Assembly: GCA_977017645.1 (NCBI GenBank)
Contig: OZ360239.1
Span: 71,548,001-71,612,000, forward strand
From: Torpedo marmorata
Taxonomy: Eukaryota
Length of the DNA: 64,000 nt
Reading direction: 5' to 3'
The position numbers were made by a program, and so were the translations under genes. This document shows, piece by piece, positions 11,810 through 24,930 of this stretch. Positions within the stretch are counted from its first letter, which is position 1. Each line of letters begins with the position of its first letter. Below the pieces are notes generated by a model. It ran no database searches and had not been told where the DNA came from. It saw only the letters and a program-made list of their open reading frames with translations.

Positions 11810-12045
11810 CCAACACAGTTAGCGCAATGCTATTACAGCGCCAGCGACCCAGGTTCGAACCCACCACTGTTTGTAAGTCGTTTGTACGTTCTCCCCGTGT
11901 CCTGCGTGGGTTTCCTCCAGGTGTTCCGGTTTCCTCCCACCCTCCAAAAAAAAAATCGTACGGGGTTGGTAGGTTAATTGGGTGTAATTGGATGGCACAG
12001 GTTTCATGGACCAGAAAGGCTTTCAACTGTGCAGTATCGTTAACA
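11810..12045 (+). mobile_element. tRNA-derived SINE (HE1/V-SINE-like)
   Basis: A box (GTTAGCGCAATGC), B box (GGTTCGAACCC) and V-domain-like core GTTTGTACGTTCTCCCCGTG...GGTTTCCTCCCAC. Confidence 0.85.
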
Positions 12046-12189
12046 TATAAAAAAAAAGATTATCTGATCATTTTCATCCTAATTTGAAATTGGCTGTGGT
12101 CACTGACAAAAATAAAGTTGAGCGAAAGGTGAGGCCCTTCTTATTTTTTGTCCGGATACTTCCAGCAAAGTATCACACACCCCGCTGGC

Positions 12190-12488
12190 TGGGAAAGGCA
12201 GCCAACATACTGAAGGACCCATCACACTCTCCGTCCTCTCAGCAGGGAGAAGGCTCAAGAGAATGAAGGCACCCACCAACAGGCTTAAAGATAGTTTCTT
12301 CTCCACAGCTATCAACTCCTTCCTGTCTACTAATCGATCTCTTTTTTCATTGCAACTCAATACTCTGTGCTCTTGCCCTTCTATTTTCTACTGATATACG
12401 TATGTTAGAGTTGACCTGCTAGGCTGCTCACGGAAGAACCCCTCTCACAGTACCAGGTGCAATGCGACAAATAATCTTGAATTTGAAC
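12190..12488 (+). mobile_element. Degraded Rex1/Babar LINE 3' fragment
   Basis: KAANILKDPSH... followed by RLKDSFFSTAI-like sequence and a CTTGAA-type tail. Confidence 0.65.
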
Positions 12489-13424
12489 ACACAATAGAAG
12501 CTCAAGGCTGTATTGTTTGCACATCAATCTTGCTCACTCTCCTTTTAAGCACTGTGGGGTGCAAAATTTGCCATACTTATTTTCATCTTCCTTTAAAATG
12601 CTTGTAGCTTACATTGCTTCAATGAAAATAAAATTATATTCCATACACATACAATAAAATTCCTAATTGACTCTAATTCTTTCGACATGATGCAATGACA
12701 TTTTTCTTTTCAAATCTTTAATTGTGGTTTTGCATGTCTGTAGAAATAGTTTTATAATCACATCTGGTAACAATACAACATGTCTGATGCTCTGCAGATT
12801 TGGTATTTCAAATAACTGAGTTATGTGACCAGCAGAATGAAATGAATTGAAACTGATTGCTGAAATGTATTATGAATAATCTATTCAGGCTGAAATTACT
12901 TATCTTCATTTTATGACTCAGAAACTACTCATAAACAGTTCATTTACTGCTTTTGGACAGTCAAAATCTACTTACTTGCCCATCAACTAAAATTTTACGT
13001 TAATATCCATACTTGCTTAAAATTTCCAACAACAGTTTACATTTAAATCTATTCTCTCGACTTGACTGTTCTGGCAGTTCTCCCATATTTCACTCTTTGT
13101 TAACTTTATCCCAATCTCTGCTGCCCTAATCCTAACTTGGAATGTTCACCTCTTTAGACTATCTTCTACTCTTTGTTAACTTGAATTTATCCCTAATCTT
13201 TGCTGCTCTAATCCTAATTTGGAGCATTCACCGTTTTAGTCTTAACCTGCATTGGCTCCCAGTCCCAACACCTCAAATTTATAGATCCTATCCTTAGGTT
13301 CAATTCCTGCGTTGTATTCCTCCCTACCTCTGTAACCTCCTTCATCTCTGCAATTCTCTTACAGCCCTGCATTGCTCCAACAGTGGCCTCTTCTACACCT
13401 CCCATTCCCTTGTATAACTACATT

Positions 13425-14078
13425 AATCAGAATCAGAATCTATTGTCATGAACAAGTCATGAAATTCGGTGTTTTGCGGCAGCATCATAGTGCAAACATT
13501 CATATTATAACCATCTTACGACATTACTATAAAAAAATATATAAATAATAGTGCACGAAAAGTAAGGCAGTGTCTTTGGTTCATTGATTATTCAGGAATC
13601 TGATGGCAGCGGGGAAGAAGCTGTCCTTGTGCCGTTGAGTGCTCGTCTTTAGGCTCCTGTACCTTTTTCCCGATGGTAGAAGAATGAAGAGGCTGCTTTT
13701 TTAAGACACCGCTTCATGTAGATGTCCTCAATGGAGTGAAGTCTGGTGCCTGTGATGTCACAGGCCGAGTTAACAACCCTCTGGAGTTTATTCTTGTCCT
13801 GAGAGTTGGCGCCTCCATACCAGGCAGTGATGCAACCAGCCAGAATGCTCTCCACGGTACACCTGCAGAAGTTTACGAGAGTCTTCGGTGACATACCGAA
13901 TCTGCTCAGACACCTCACAAAGTATAGCCGCTGACGAGCCTTCTTTGTGATTGCATCAACGTGGAGGCTCCAGGACAGATCCTCGGAGATGTTGACACCC
14001 AGGAATTTGAAGTTCTTGACCTTCTCCACTACTGAGCCCTCGATAAGAACTGGGTCGTGTTCCCCTGACTTCCTCCTA
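13425..14078 (-). mobile_element. Rex1/Babar LINE 3' fragment
   Basis: ORF 13649..14029 reads FKFLGVNISEDLSWS...KKARQRLYF...ESILAGCITAWYG. It has an (AATCAG)n tail. Confidence 0.88.
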
Positions 14079-14369
14079 TAATGTAATATAATATTAATGC
14101 AACTTCTACTGATTTGGTAATTATTCCTTTAATACAGTATTATTCCAAGGAATTTTGCTGACATGTAATCAGAGAAACATGTTCAGCAAATGATATTTGG
14201 ATAAAGTGGTTTATTTTAAGATTGACTCAAAAAAATGTTGGAAATGCAGAGGTTATATTACATCAATGGAATTATAAAATATTCCATAAATATCAAATAA
14301 AATTCCTGATGCAAAATTCTGTAGATAATATAATAAAAGAGAAAATACTGGAAACTCTCCAGAGTGGCT

Positions 14370-14795
14370 ATTGTACAATTTTATAAAACTATGATGAAGT
14401 CACAGCTGGAGTACTATGTGGATTTCTGGGCTTCACACCACAGGTGAGATGTCATTGCACTAGAAAGGGTAGAGAGGAGATTCACTGGGATGTTGTTTGG
14501 GATTAAGTATTTCAGTCATGGAGAGGCTGGGATTGTTTGCCTTGGAGGAGGGGATGCTGAGGAGAGACCCAATAGAGATACACAAAATTAAGAGAGCTAT
14601 AGATACAAGTAGATAGAAGGATAGTTTTACCCATAGCAGAGTTGCCTGAAACAGAGGGTTTAGGGTAAGTAAGATGTTTGGTGGGAATCTGAGAGATGTG
14701 TGGGGCAAGTTTATTTTGCACAGAGTATTAATTGTCTTGAAAGGACTGCTGTGTACAGTGGTAGAAGCAGACACCATAACGGTGGACTTAATGCA
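14370..14795 (+). mobile_element. Degraded CR1 LINE fragment
   Basis: LYNFIKL...QLEYYVDFW, ALERVERRFT and ERLGLFALE-like CR1 ORF2 remnants. Confidence 0.7.
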
Positions 14796-15464
14796 TGTCC
14801 TTTGCCCCCCCCCCCCCTCCACCCCCATACTTCTTTTTAGTTAATTAAATTATTAACTGCTTTGGCATTGTGAATTTGTGGGAAGCTTTATTGAAGTACA
14901 TTGCAGAATCAACTCCCATTATATATTTTACTCAATTTTACTTTGTGAAAGATATGAGTTAAATTGTATTGGAAATACTTGAATGCAGATCAGAGAACCA
15001 AAGTCATTTTCTAGCTGTTACTTCCTTTTTTTGAATGCAGTATAAACTTGGAATCAGTGGAAAGTACCCAGAGGCGATTATGTTACTCTGTCTATTTGCG
15101 TTCACATTTTCAATTTAATTTTATAGATGCATGGTACTGAAATTATTGTTCCAAAATAAAAGGAACTCAGATTTATTTCCAGTAAGGCAGTAGATATTTA
15201 TCTCCAGTAAAAAATTACTTCTGGATAAACAGCCCATTGTTTGAATATTATTGCCTACGTGTTTTATGTGAAACACAGATACACATTGTCCTTGTTTAAT
15301 TCTTCCATTATAAATGTGCCCCTACAGATTATTTTCACATGTTCCAAGTTGCCTTCAATACTACATGGGCAGAAGTAAATATTATTACACAGAATTTGGT
15401 AACCTGGACTATGAACCCACAAACCGCTCCCTATTTTGGATAAACATATAAAAAAGAACAGGGG

Positions 15465-15750
15465 TGTGATATGTTATGATAGGATATGATATGATATGAT
15501 ATGAAAACTTATTGTCACATACATAAGTACAGATGCACTAAAATTCTTACTGGTTGCAGCCACAAAGGTATGATAGACCAACAATAGTATAAATTAAATT
15601 ACCACAATATGCCAAAACAGAAAAATAAATATTAAATATAAAGGATAGATAAATATTCACGGTTGCAGTTAGTGCAACAAAAGTGATATTTCAATCACAC
15701 GGACAGATCATTTGGTGGTCCCAGAGTAGTTTATTGTTAGGGTAGTTTGG
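15465..15750 (-). mobile_element. LINE 3' UTR remnant with (GATAT)n microsatellite tail
   Basis: Shares ATTCTTACT.G.TGCAGCCACAAAGGTATG and the downstream sequence with 11100-11330 and 21160-21370; the last of these is contiguous with Rex-type ORF2. Confidence 0.6.
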
Positions 15751-15919
15751 CGAGTAATTTTAATCTTGCTAATTTAACATAGAATGGATGGGCAATCAGT
15801 TAATATACTGCTTCACACCCCTGCCATCAGTCATATGATATGTACATCATTGTGGGACACCTCCTTTCAAGCCAATTGGCCAGTCACAGACTCTTATTAT
15901 TCGTAACTGGAGGCCAAGT

Positions 15920-16095
15920 CATCGGGTATATTTAAAGATGAGGTTGATAATTCTTTAGTTAGGGGTGTCAAAATTATGGGGAGAAGGCAGGAGAATGGGG
16001 TTGGGAGGAAAATTACACCACCTATAATTCGAATGGTGAAGCAGACTTGATGGACCCAAGGCCTAACTCTGCTCCAACGTCTTGTGGCCTTATGT
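15920..16095 (+). mobile_element. CR1 3' end
   Basis: GAGGCCAAGTCATCGGGTATATTTAAAG...TATGGGGAGAAGGCAGGAGAATGGGG, matching the CR1 tails at 251-430 and 20150-20335. Confidence 0.75.
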
Positions 16096-16893
16096 CAAGC
16101 AGCTCTTTACCCATCTCTTTACCCACCTCTTTTTAAAATAAAAAAATGAAAAAAATGCTAAATAGCCCCAAACCTGACAGCCAGCCAGCACGATCATTGT
16201 AGACAAGTAGATAAGATTTCTCTGAGAGCTGAATATAATTGATGGGCCAAATTACCTTTCTTTCAGATGTATGAATATGAGAAAGGTCCATATCTCAACC
16301 TACTCTGTTGAGCAGGTGACAAGAACACACATCCAAACCTGGAAGAGGGGCCTTTCAAAGTATATGGATCAGTAGCTGGACATGTTATCGGCACCTGATG
16401 CAATTTCATCTTGTCAATATGGGAAGGATATGGTTCCTTTCAGACTAACTCACCAGTAAAGAGGATTGCCCAAGAAGTAGTGGAGATCTCATCACAAGAT
16501 TCCATGCATCCTGACCTACAGCCTTTTCCTTGATAATCTATTATATCTATCGCAATGGGGCAATGCTTCCCAAGTTAACTGGCCAGTCACTGACTCTCAG
16601 TGCTTGATTGGATGACACTTGACTGGATGTCAGATATGCCTTTACCCATCTCTATTTTTAGAACAACTGATGACAAAAATAAGTTATTTCAACTTGTCTT
16701 TATTCTTTGCTTGCGGTTGGGCAAATTTTTCTTTGATTTCTGGAGTCTCTTGACATTCCTGAAGGGTTCGATCCCCAGGTGTCCTCCCACAGCTTCCATA
16801 CGGAAATTTTGGGCATGCCTGCCATTATCTATCACATCATCCAAACTCCCACCCATGACTCACACTAAAGCTTCCAAAAATCAGTGTACATAC

Positions 16894-17276
16894 CTGGCCA
16901 AGCCCAATCCTTTCTGTCAGGGTGATGATATTTTCCGATACTTGAGATTCATTAAGTTTATACTGTAATGTTAAAAGAAAATCTTCTGATTGCATGAACT
17001 TGCTGCCAACTTTTTCGATTATAAATTTGTATGTTGTCATTACTGATAAGAACACAATGAGCTCATATTTCACTTTGGTAGATAATGATCAAAAGTGGAA
17101 CAAATGGGAAATATTAAGAATGAGAAGTATCCCTTTATAAAGGGATAGAAATAAATCTGTGTATCATGCTCCAATAATCCTCCACCTTTTAGCATTGTCT
17201 TGCTAAAGACTAGATTGGGCTTCACCTGGTGGGAGATCTGTATACGTATCATCATCAATGGTAAATTCCTGCACTC
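16894..17276 (-). CDS. Candidate two-exon segment of an unidentified gene (17276-17226, 17072-16894)
   Basis: AG/GT boundaries give a phase-compatible join reading VQEFTIDDDTYTDLPPVKYELIVFLSVMTTYKFIIEKVGSKFMQSEDFLLTLQYKLNESQVSENIITLTERIGLGQ. No protein family recognised. Confidence 0.3.
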
Positions 17277-17419
17277 CTGTCACTTAAGGTGAAGAATGAA
17301 TGGACACACACAGTATCTTTCACTGCAGTACACAGATAAAACAACAGGAATCATCATACATTCGAATACTCAGCCTATCCCAGAACTTTGGAAGAGCTCT
17401 CCAAATATTTCCACTCCCT

Positions 17420-17953
17420 TGAGATTTGAGATTTCAGATTTCAGATTTATTGTCAGAGTACATACATGACATCACATACAACCCTGAGATTCTTTTTTCT
17501 GCGGGCGAGGCAGAATTACCACTTATTGGTAGTGAAAAATAAAACTGTACACAGCGTATACATGTAAACAAATAAAGAACTGTAAACAGATAACGAATGT
17601 AAACAAACTGACTGTGCAATACAGAGAGAATAAAAAAATCAATAAAATGCACAATTAAGAGTCCTTAAATGAGTTCCTGATTGAATTTGTTGTTGAGGAG
17701 TCTAATGGTGGAGAGGTAGCAGCTGTTCCTGAACCTGGTGGTGTGAGTCTTGTGGCACCTATACCTCTTTCCTGATGGCAGCAGGGAGAACAGAGCGTGT
17801 ACTGGGTGGTGTGGATCCTTGATGATTGCTGCTGCTCTCCGACAGCAGCGTTCCCTGTAGATGTTGTCGATAGTGGGGATGGTTTTGCCTGTGATGTCCT
17901 GGGCTGTACCTTTTGGAGGGCTTTACGCTCAGGGATATTGGTGTCCCCATACC
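17420..17953 (-). mobile_element. Rex1/Babar LINE 3' fragment
   Basis: WYGDTNIPERKALQKV..., IIKDPHHP..LLPSGKRYRCHKTHTTRFRNS. It has a (GATTTCA)n tail. Confidence 0.85.
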
Positions 17954-18129
17954 ATTCCCTAGATTTCCCTAGGCATCTTGCAATTTTTTTCCTCACTTTA
18001 AGTATTCATTAATTCCCTTTAAAAAATTACCCTACAATCTGCCTCCAGCATCATTGTTTAGGCATTGAATTACAAATCAACATAATTAATTGTGTAATTT
18101 TTTTCCTCTTAAGTTCTCTGTGGGTCTTT

Positions 18130-18520
18130 TGTCAATGACATTAAACACATGTTGTCTGGTCACTGACTACACGGAACAGTTTCTGCGTAAGGCTTTTTCA
18201 AAAACCTTGATGATTTTAAACACCTCAAACAAATCTCTTCTTGACTCCTTTTCTAAAGAGAGCAACCACAATTTCTCCAGTCTCGACATGCCTTTTATTG
18301 CTAATAAATCCGTCTGTAGGGAATCTAAGGGTTTGACATCCTTCCTAAAGTAGGGTGCCTGTAATGCATTGGGGCAGCAGAGTAGTGCAGCTAATAGAGC
18401 TACTATCTCAGAACTCCAGTGAACTAGGTTCAGTCCTGAATTCCGGTGCTGTCTGTGTGGAGTTTGCATGTCCTCCCTGTGAGTGTGATATTGCTTCCTG
18501 GTCTCTGGTTTCTGCCACCT
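18130..18520. mobile_element. Degraded CR1 fragment (minus) followed by a degraded SINE (plus)
   Basis: RKDVKPL...RLEKLWLLSLEK...DLFEVFKIIK, then GCTGTCTGTGTGGAGTTTGCATGTCCTCCCTGTG. Confidence 0.6.
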
Positions 18521-18869
18521 ATAAATAGAATTAAGAAGTTAGTGCAAATGAATGCATGTTTAACGAGACCATGCATGACAGAGAACCTTTGACTTATGGA
18601 GCATGAGACCTGTCCTGGAGAAGATGAGACCTATACAAACCCAACAATTTAACAGGACCAGGGGCAGGGTCCTTGAAAGGAGGTTTGCTTATATTGGAAT
18701 GGGAGAAGGAATAGCTGCAGCAAATTTACAAGGTAAAGTCAAGTTTGGAAATGGAAGGCAGTGCTTTAGTTTATGAACATGGATGAGAAAGGGATGATTT
18801 GGATGGCAGTGGAACATAAACTGGGAAAGAGTAAACAGGATTTATCTGGAAACACATGAGAGACTGCAG

Positions 18870-19135
18870 CCTTCTTGAGACAGCGCCTCACATAGATGTT
18901 TTCAATGGATAGGAGGTTGGAACCTGTAATGGACCTGGCTAATGTTTGTTACCTTCTGAAGGCTACTGCATTCCTAGGCATTCGAATTACCAAACCTGTC
19001 TGTGATGCAACCAGACAGCATACTTTTCATAGTGCACCTGTAGAAGTTTGATGAAGTATTTGCCGACATGCCAAATCTCTACAGACTCCTTAGAAGGTAG
19101 AGGCATTGGTGTGGTTTGTTCATGGTTGCCTTGAT
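18870..19135 (-). mobile_element. Degraded Rex1/Babar fragment
   Basis: Similar to 21530-21780 (YLLRSL.RFGMS...FYRCT..SML.GCIT.WFG). Confidence 0.65.
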
Positions 19136-19599
19136 GTGCTGAATCTAAAATATGGACTCCCAGGAGAGGGTTGCAACCTTCTCCACCTCCTTCCCATCAA
19201 TGCAGACAGGTGCATGTGAATCTGTACTATTGCAGTTGGTGTAACTGTAACTGAAGTCATTAAGATTATTGGTGCACATGTACATTGTACTAATGTATAT
19301 GACAATAAACTCTTATATCACATATTATATTCATGTCATTGTGGCTATAACTGAAGCATAGTTTGCAACAATTGAAAACTCCGGGTTACAATTTTTCCAG
19401 ATGAGATGAGATAGAAATACACAGAAATAAAGTTCCAGTTCAAATTATTATCATCGGACTGTACATACACAACCTGATGAAACAGCTTTTCTCTGGACCC
19501 AGCGCACAAACATAGACACATAATATACAGAACATAATAATCACATATCTACATAAAGATATAATTTAAAATAAATATATATAAATATTTTGGGATAAA

Positions 19600-20335
19600 T
19601 GGGCAGCGTTCATAAATCAGAGGTGCAGAGGGACTTAGGAGACCCCATGCAAGATTCCCTAAAATTTAACTTGCAGATACAGTCAGTGATAAGAAAGGCA
19701 AATGCAATGCTAGCATTCATTTTGAGAGAAATAGAGTATAAAAGCAGGGATGTAATGTTGTGGCTTTATAAAGCATTCGTCAGACTGCACTTTGAGTATT
19801 GTGAGCAGTTTTGGACTCCTTATCTAAGGAAGGATGTGTTGGCATTGGAGTCGGTCCAGAGGAGGTTCAGGAGAATGATCCCCGGAATGAAAGGGTTATT
19901 ATATGAAGAGCGTTTGATGGCTCTAGGACTGTACTTGCTGGAGTTTAGAAGAATAAGAGGGGATCTCATTGAAACCTATTGAATACTGTAAGGCCTGGAT
20001 AGAGTGGACATGGAGAGAACGTTTCCTATGGTGCAGGAGTCTGGGACCAGAGGGCATAGCCTCAGAATACAAAAACGTCCCTTTAGAACAAGATGAGAAG
20101 GAATTTCTTTACCCAGAGGGTAATTTGTTGCCATGGACATCTGTGGAGGCCAAGTCTTTGAGTATATTTAAGATAGAGGTAGATAGGTTCTTGATTCGGA
20201 AGGGAATCAAGGGTTATGGGGAGAAGGGAGGAGAATGGGGTTGAAAAAGATAATAAATCAGCCATGTTGGAACAGTGGGGCAGACTCGATGGGCTAAATG
20301 GCTTAATTCTGCTCCTATGTCTTATGGTCTTATGG
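19600..20335 (+). mobile_element. CR1 LINE 3' fragment
   Basis: ORF 19599..19982 reads VQRDLG...KANAMLAFI...LYKAFVRLHFEYCEQFWTP...RGDLIETY. It has a (TCTTATGG)n tail. Confidence 0.9.
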
Positions 20336-21157
20336 ACTTATACCGAGGACCGGAAAATGCTGTTTCGTTGGGTTGTACTTGTGCAATCAGATAACAATAA
20401 ACTTGACTTGACTTGTAGTGTAGGATCAGTGCACTTAGTGGGCTGTTACCATTCTCTGACTCTATATATCACTCAAATGTAGGCCTAAACATTTTTTTAT
20501 ATTGATTAGCTGATAAATAAAGTTTCAGCATTAATAATAAAGACTGTACTGAGAATAATCATTGTCCACATTGCTTGGATAATGATACCAATTTGCATCT
20601 GCAGAGCAAGAGCAGAATTTGACACAGATATGAGTCTGTACCTTGCCTTGTAAGCAAATCCTAAGTATCTTCCAAATGTCAACAATGCTGTGAGTTAAAT
20701 TCCCAATCTCATGGCCAATTTCTTTTTGTTTTCACTTATAATGCATTATTCGTCTCCACACCCATTTTGCCAAATATTTTTACGAGCTGAGAGAATAGAA
20801 AGGGGAGCGGTATAGCAATGTTGAATAAAATGCAAATCAAATGACAATGATTATGGGAAGTGAAGGTTAGGGCCATGATGCAATGTTATACTTTCAGATC
20901 CCCTTGCCACAAAGTGGTATTACTGGTTCTCTGTTTGATTTTCCAGAAGTTGACTCAAAATCTATATTACAGCAAGTTACCTAGTGTAACACTCATGGTG
21001 AATTAATGTTCACTGTATATATACCTTTCTCAACCACAAGACTTTCTAAAATTACTCGTGGCCAAATATATAATTTCCAGTTGTAGCCTCTGCTGCAATT
21101 ATATTGAACAAAGTAGCTAATTTGCACACAGAAATCTTCCACAAAAAGAGTTCATTT

Positions 21158-22015
21158 GATGATGATGAATTTATTGTCATACACATTGTACAATGTACAA
21201 ATGCACCAACATTCTTACTATCTGCAGCCAAACAGGTACTTATAAAGAAAAACTACAGTAGTAAACTATTTGAATTAAATAAAAGAGACAATAAATACAT
21301 AAGCTAGATATAAATATTCATAGTTATCCTAGTGCAACAAAAGTGACTTGCAATAGTGCAGACAGTCCATGATTAGTGTATCATAAGGAGGTTCAAGATT
21401 CTGATAGCTGTTGGAAAGAAACTGTTGTTGAACCTAGAGGTGCTGAACTTCAGGCTTCTGTCCCTTCTGCCTGAAGGTAGCAGTGAGATGAGGTTGTGAC
21501 CAGGGTGATGGGGGCCCTTTATGATGCTGGCTGCCTTCTTGAGACAGCACCTCACATAGATGTCTGCAATGGATGGAAGTCGGAGCCTGTGATGGACCTG
21601 TCAATGTTTGCTACCTTCTGCAGCTGTCTGCGTTCCTGGACAGTCGAATTTCCAAACCAAGCTGTGATGCAATCAGCCAGTATACTTTCTGTTGAAGTTT
21701 GATAGTGTCTGATGACATGCCAAATCTCCTCAGACTCCTTAGGAAGTAGAGGCGTTGGTGTGCCTTCTTCACGGTTGCCTCAAGAGTCCATATTTCAGGA
21801 AAGGTCTTCTGAAATATGGACTCCCAGCAACTTGAAGGTTCTGACTCTCTCCACCTCTGTCCCTTCAATGCAGACATTGTGTGCTCCCTCGCTATCCCCT
21901 TCCTAAAATCAACAATAAGCTCTTTGGTCTTGGTGACGTTAAGAGCAAGATTGTTTTACTGGCACCACCTATCCAGGTTCCTGATCTCCATCCTGTACTC
22001 TGACTCATCATTTTC
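21158..22015 (-). mobile_element. Rex1/Babar LINE 3' fragment
   Basis: LNVTKTKELIVDFRKG, KKAHQRLYFLRSLRRFGMS and LLPSGRRDRSLKFSTSRFNNSFFPTAIRILN. Confidence 0.88.
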
Positions 22016-22134
22016 CAGCTGCTAGATAAAGCCTTCCAGAATTTTCACTTAACAATAATGGATGGATGGTGATAGATTCCCAAGTCCATTGGATGCATAA
22101 CCTGGATAGAAACTTGCAGACCATGATACATTTT

Positions 22135-22265
22135 AAAGTTTTAGACATACAGCACGGGAACAGGCCCTTTCGGCCCACGAGCCCGTGCCGCCCAACTACA
22201 CCCAATGGACCTACAACCCCCGGTACGTTTTGGAGGGTGGGAGGAAACCGAAGCTCCCAGAGGAA
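22135..22265 (-). mobile_element. SINE 3' fragment (HE1/V-SINE-like)
   Basis: Reverse complement of the tail GGCCGAAAGGGCCTGTT.CCGTGCTGTATGTCTAAA seen at 36765-36805. Confidence 0.8.
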
Positions 22266-24114
22266 ATGAATTGGGCCTGCTGCCCTTGTCCTTCTGGGTG
22301 ATTGAGGCCATGGATTCAGGCGCTGCTACTGAAAAAGCCCAGCAAGATTTCTTAGCAAAGCTGCAGTTGACTTTCCACTATTGCATCACAAGATTCAGAT
22401 AACCAAAGAGGGTGCATGAAGAGGTCATGTGAATGGTGCTTGGGCCTCTGTTTTCTCTGACTCCAGAGACACTAAGTGGAATTCTTTGCTCTTCCTTAAA
22501 CTGAGGCATATATAATGTAACAATTAACTTGATAATGAATAGGTTCAGAATGTTTTATTTTAAAATGTGGACTGAATTACTTATGAACCCCCCCCCCCCA
22601 CCTGTATCCTTTGATCTCATGTCCTACTTCGCTGAGAAATTACATGCGATTATGATCGACTTCCTCCGCACAATATGATGAGATCAAATAAATGCTTCTC
22701 ACAATGCCAAGAAGCGCAAATAAAAATCCTTACCCTTGACTAGAGCTACTTGGCGCTGATTTCCAGGCCTCCAAGCATCCAGTTGAAAATTTTACTCCAG
22801 GCCTTCCAGCAGGAGTTTCATTGTCAACAGAAATGTAAAACAATAGTGCAATGTCCAAAATTCATCTCCAGTATAATCTGCAAGTGCACAGTTCACATGT
22901 ACTCACAGAATAACCATAATTACAAACTCAGAGGTTATTCTACATAAAGAGGAAACTCACAACCGGCATTCTTTGACAGGCTGCTCCCTAACACTGTAGA
23001 GCCTCATTGATTTCTTTAGACACTGTTTACACTTAACTCTGAACCTTCCTTGCATCTTCAATGACTTTTCTGCATTCGAGACTGATTCCCAATTTGTCTA
23101 CATTTGACGGTTCGCTTGCTGCTTGGCATGGGGATGGACTGTAGGGATCAGAAATGTCACAGGCAGCTAGAGGGAGCGTGTAGGAGGAGGTGTGAAAGGC
23201 CTTATTACTCAAAATCAAGTCGAGTAGAAATTTACAGGGACCCATGCTCCTGACCGTACACCTCTGAGGGGCAACGCCTTTGCAAGCTAAACTTCGCCAG
23301 GAGTGTTTCCCACTGAGATCTGGGACTTCTTGCAACATCAAATAAAGGATACCAGCTAAGCCTGGACTCTTTTATCCAAGGAGGTCAACATCACAGTCAC
23401 CTTTATGTTCCTGTCACCAATATTTAACTCTCCAATGCCTTCCATTAAAGGAATGTGCCATCATAACCCAGCATAGTTTTTAATGTGACTCCAACCCCAC
23501 TAATGTGGTCAACTCTGAACTTTCTCTTAAATTCAGGCAATGAGGCATAGATAATAAATGTTGGCCTTCCGTACATTCAGATCCCATAAATGAATGTTAA
23601 AACCATTTCAGGTAGCTGGCACTGATTTCTGCCACACCTCGGTTTATTGCTCACTGCTGGATAAGGCAGGTTATTTAACCCCTACTCTCAAAAGGGGAGA
23701 AGATTTCCTCCACTTTTCATTCAGCCCAGTGGTAGCAGAGTGAGCTTGGAGATGTATTACCAATGCAGGCTTCCCCAACGTGTAGTGTTACTCCTTACTC
23801 AGGCCACCCTTGGCAGCCTCTTTCCAGGAGCAAGTTGCCTGTAGCTCTGGTCTCCGTGGATTCTTTGCACAAAGAACATTCTTCTTCTGGTTACTGGTTT
23901 CCAAGCTTCCTTCCTTCTTTCTTCATGCCATTCTTGATGAAGCACTTGCCAGTAGGTGGGAGAGTGCTGATTGTAATGTGTGTACATCATTGGTCACAGT
24001 TGCAAGGGAGAGTGTCAGCAGCATTATAATCTTGCAGTTCAGCGGCTTTGCACAAACTGAAACTGATACAGTAGTGTTATACACAGATATATGTCAAAGC
24101 TATTCTGCAAACAG

Positions 24115-24930
24115 TTTCCAGTTTTGGTCACTGTGCTTTCGGAAAGATGCCGTCAAACTGGGGAGGGTGCAGAGAAGGTTAACAAAGATGCCTTGATGAA
24201 AGGCTCAGGCCCGAAACGTTGGTTACGTATCTTTATCTTTGCTGTATAAACTACGCTGTTTGACCTGCTGAGTTCCTCCAGCATTGTATTTTTACTTTTA
24301 TTACAAGGACTTGGGGGCCTGAGCTATAGGGAGAGGATGAGCAGGCTAGGGCTTTATTCTTTGGAGTGCAGAAGGGTGAGGGGTGATCTTATACAGGTGT
24401 ACAAAATCATGAGAGGAATAAATCGGGTGAACGCACTGAAGCTTTTGCTCAGAGTTGGGTAATCGATAACCAGAGGACAGGTTTAAGCTGAGGGGGGGGG
24501 GGGGGGTGAGATTTAACAGAAATCTGAGGGGTAACTTTTTTTACACTGAGGCTGGTGGGTGTATGGAACAAGTTGCCAGAGAAGGTGGTTGAGGCAGGTA
24601 CTATTGGAACGTTTAAGAAATATTTGAATGGATACATGGATAGAATGGGTTTAGACCAGTGGTTCTCAACCTTTTTCTTTCCACTCACATACCACCTTAA
24701 GTAATCCCTTACTAACCACAGAGCACCTGTAGCATAGGATGCCATAGGTGCTCTGTGGTTAGTAAGGGATTACATAAGGCGGTATGTGAGTGGAAAGAAA
24801 AAGGTTGAGAACCACTGGTTTAGAGGGTCATGGGTCAAACACAGGCAAGTGGGACTAGTGTGGGTGGGACATTTTGATCAGCATGGGCGTTGGGCCGAAG
24901 GGCATGTTTCCACGCTGTATGACACTATGT
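24115..24930 (+). mobile_element. CR1 3' fragment with two nested insertions (Penelope pLTR at about 24192-24300; hAT MITE at 24657-24817)
   Basis: QFWSLCFRKDAVKLGRVQRRLTKM, then GLGGLSYRERMSRLGLYSLECRRVRGDLIQVYKIMRG, resuming across the insertions. Confidence 0.85.
24657..24817. mobile_element. Palindromic hAT (Charlie/Buster-type) MITE
   Basis: TIR CAGTGGTTCTCAACC...GGTTGAGAACCACTG. The whole 161 bp is a near-perfect hairpin. The 8-bp TSD is GTTTAGAC/GTTTAGAG. Confidence 0.93.

Noticed and set aside
15040-16316. Plus-strand chain of micro-exons (about 15127-15181, 15328-15397, 16267-16315)
   Set aside because: Splice-like signals allow two incompatible phase solutions and neither peptide is recognisable. 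It does not resemble CABCOCO1.
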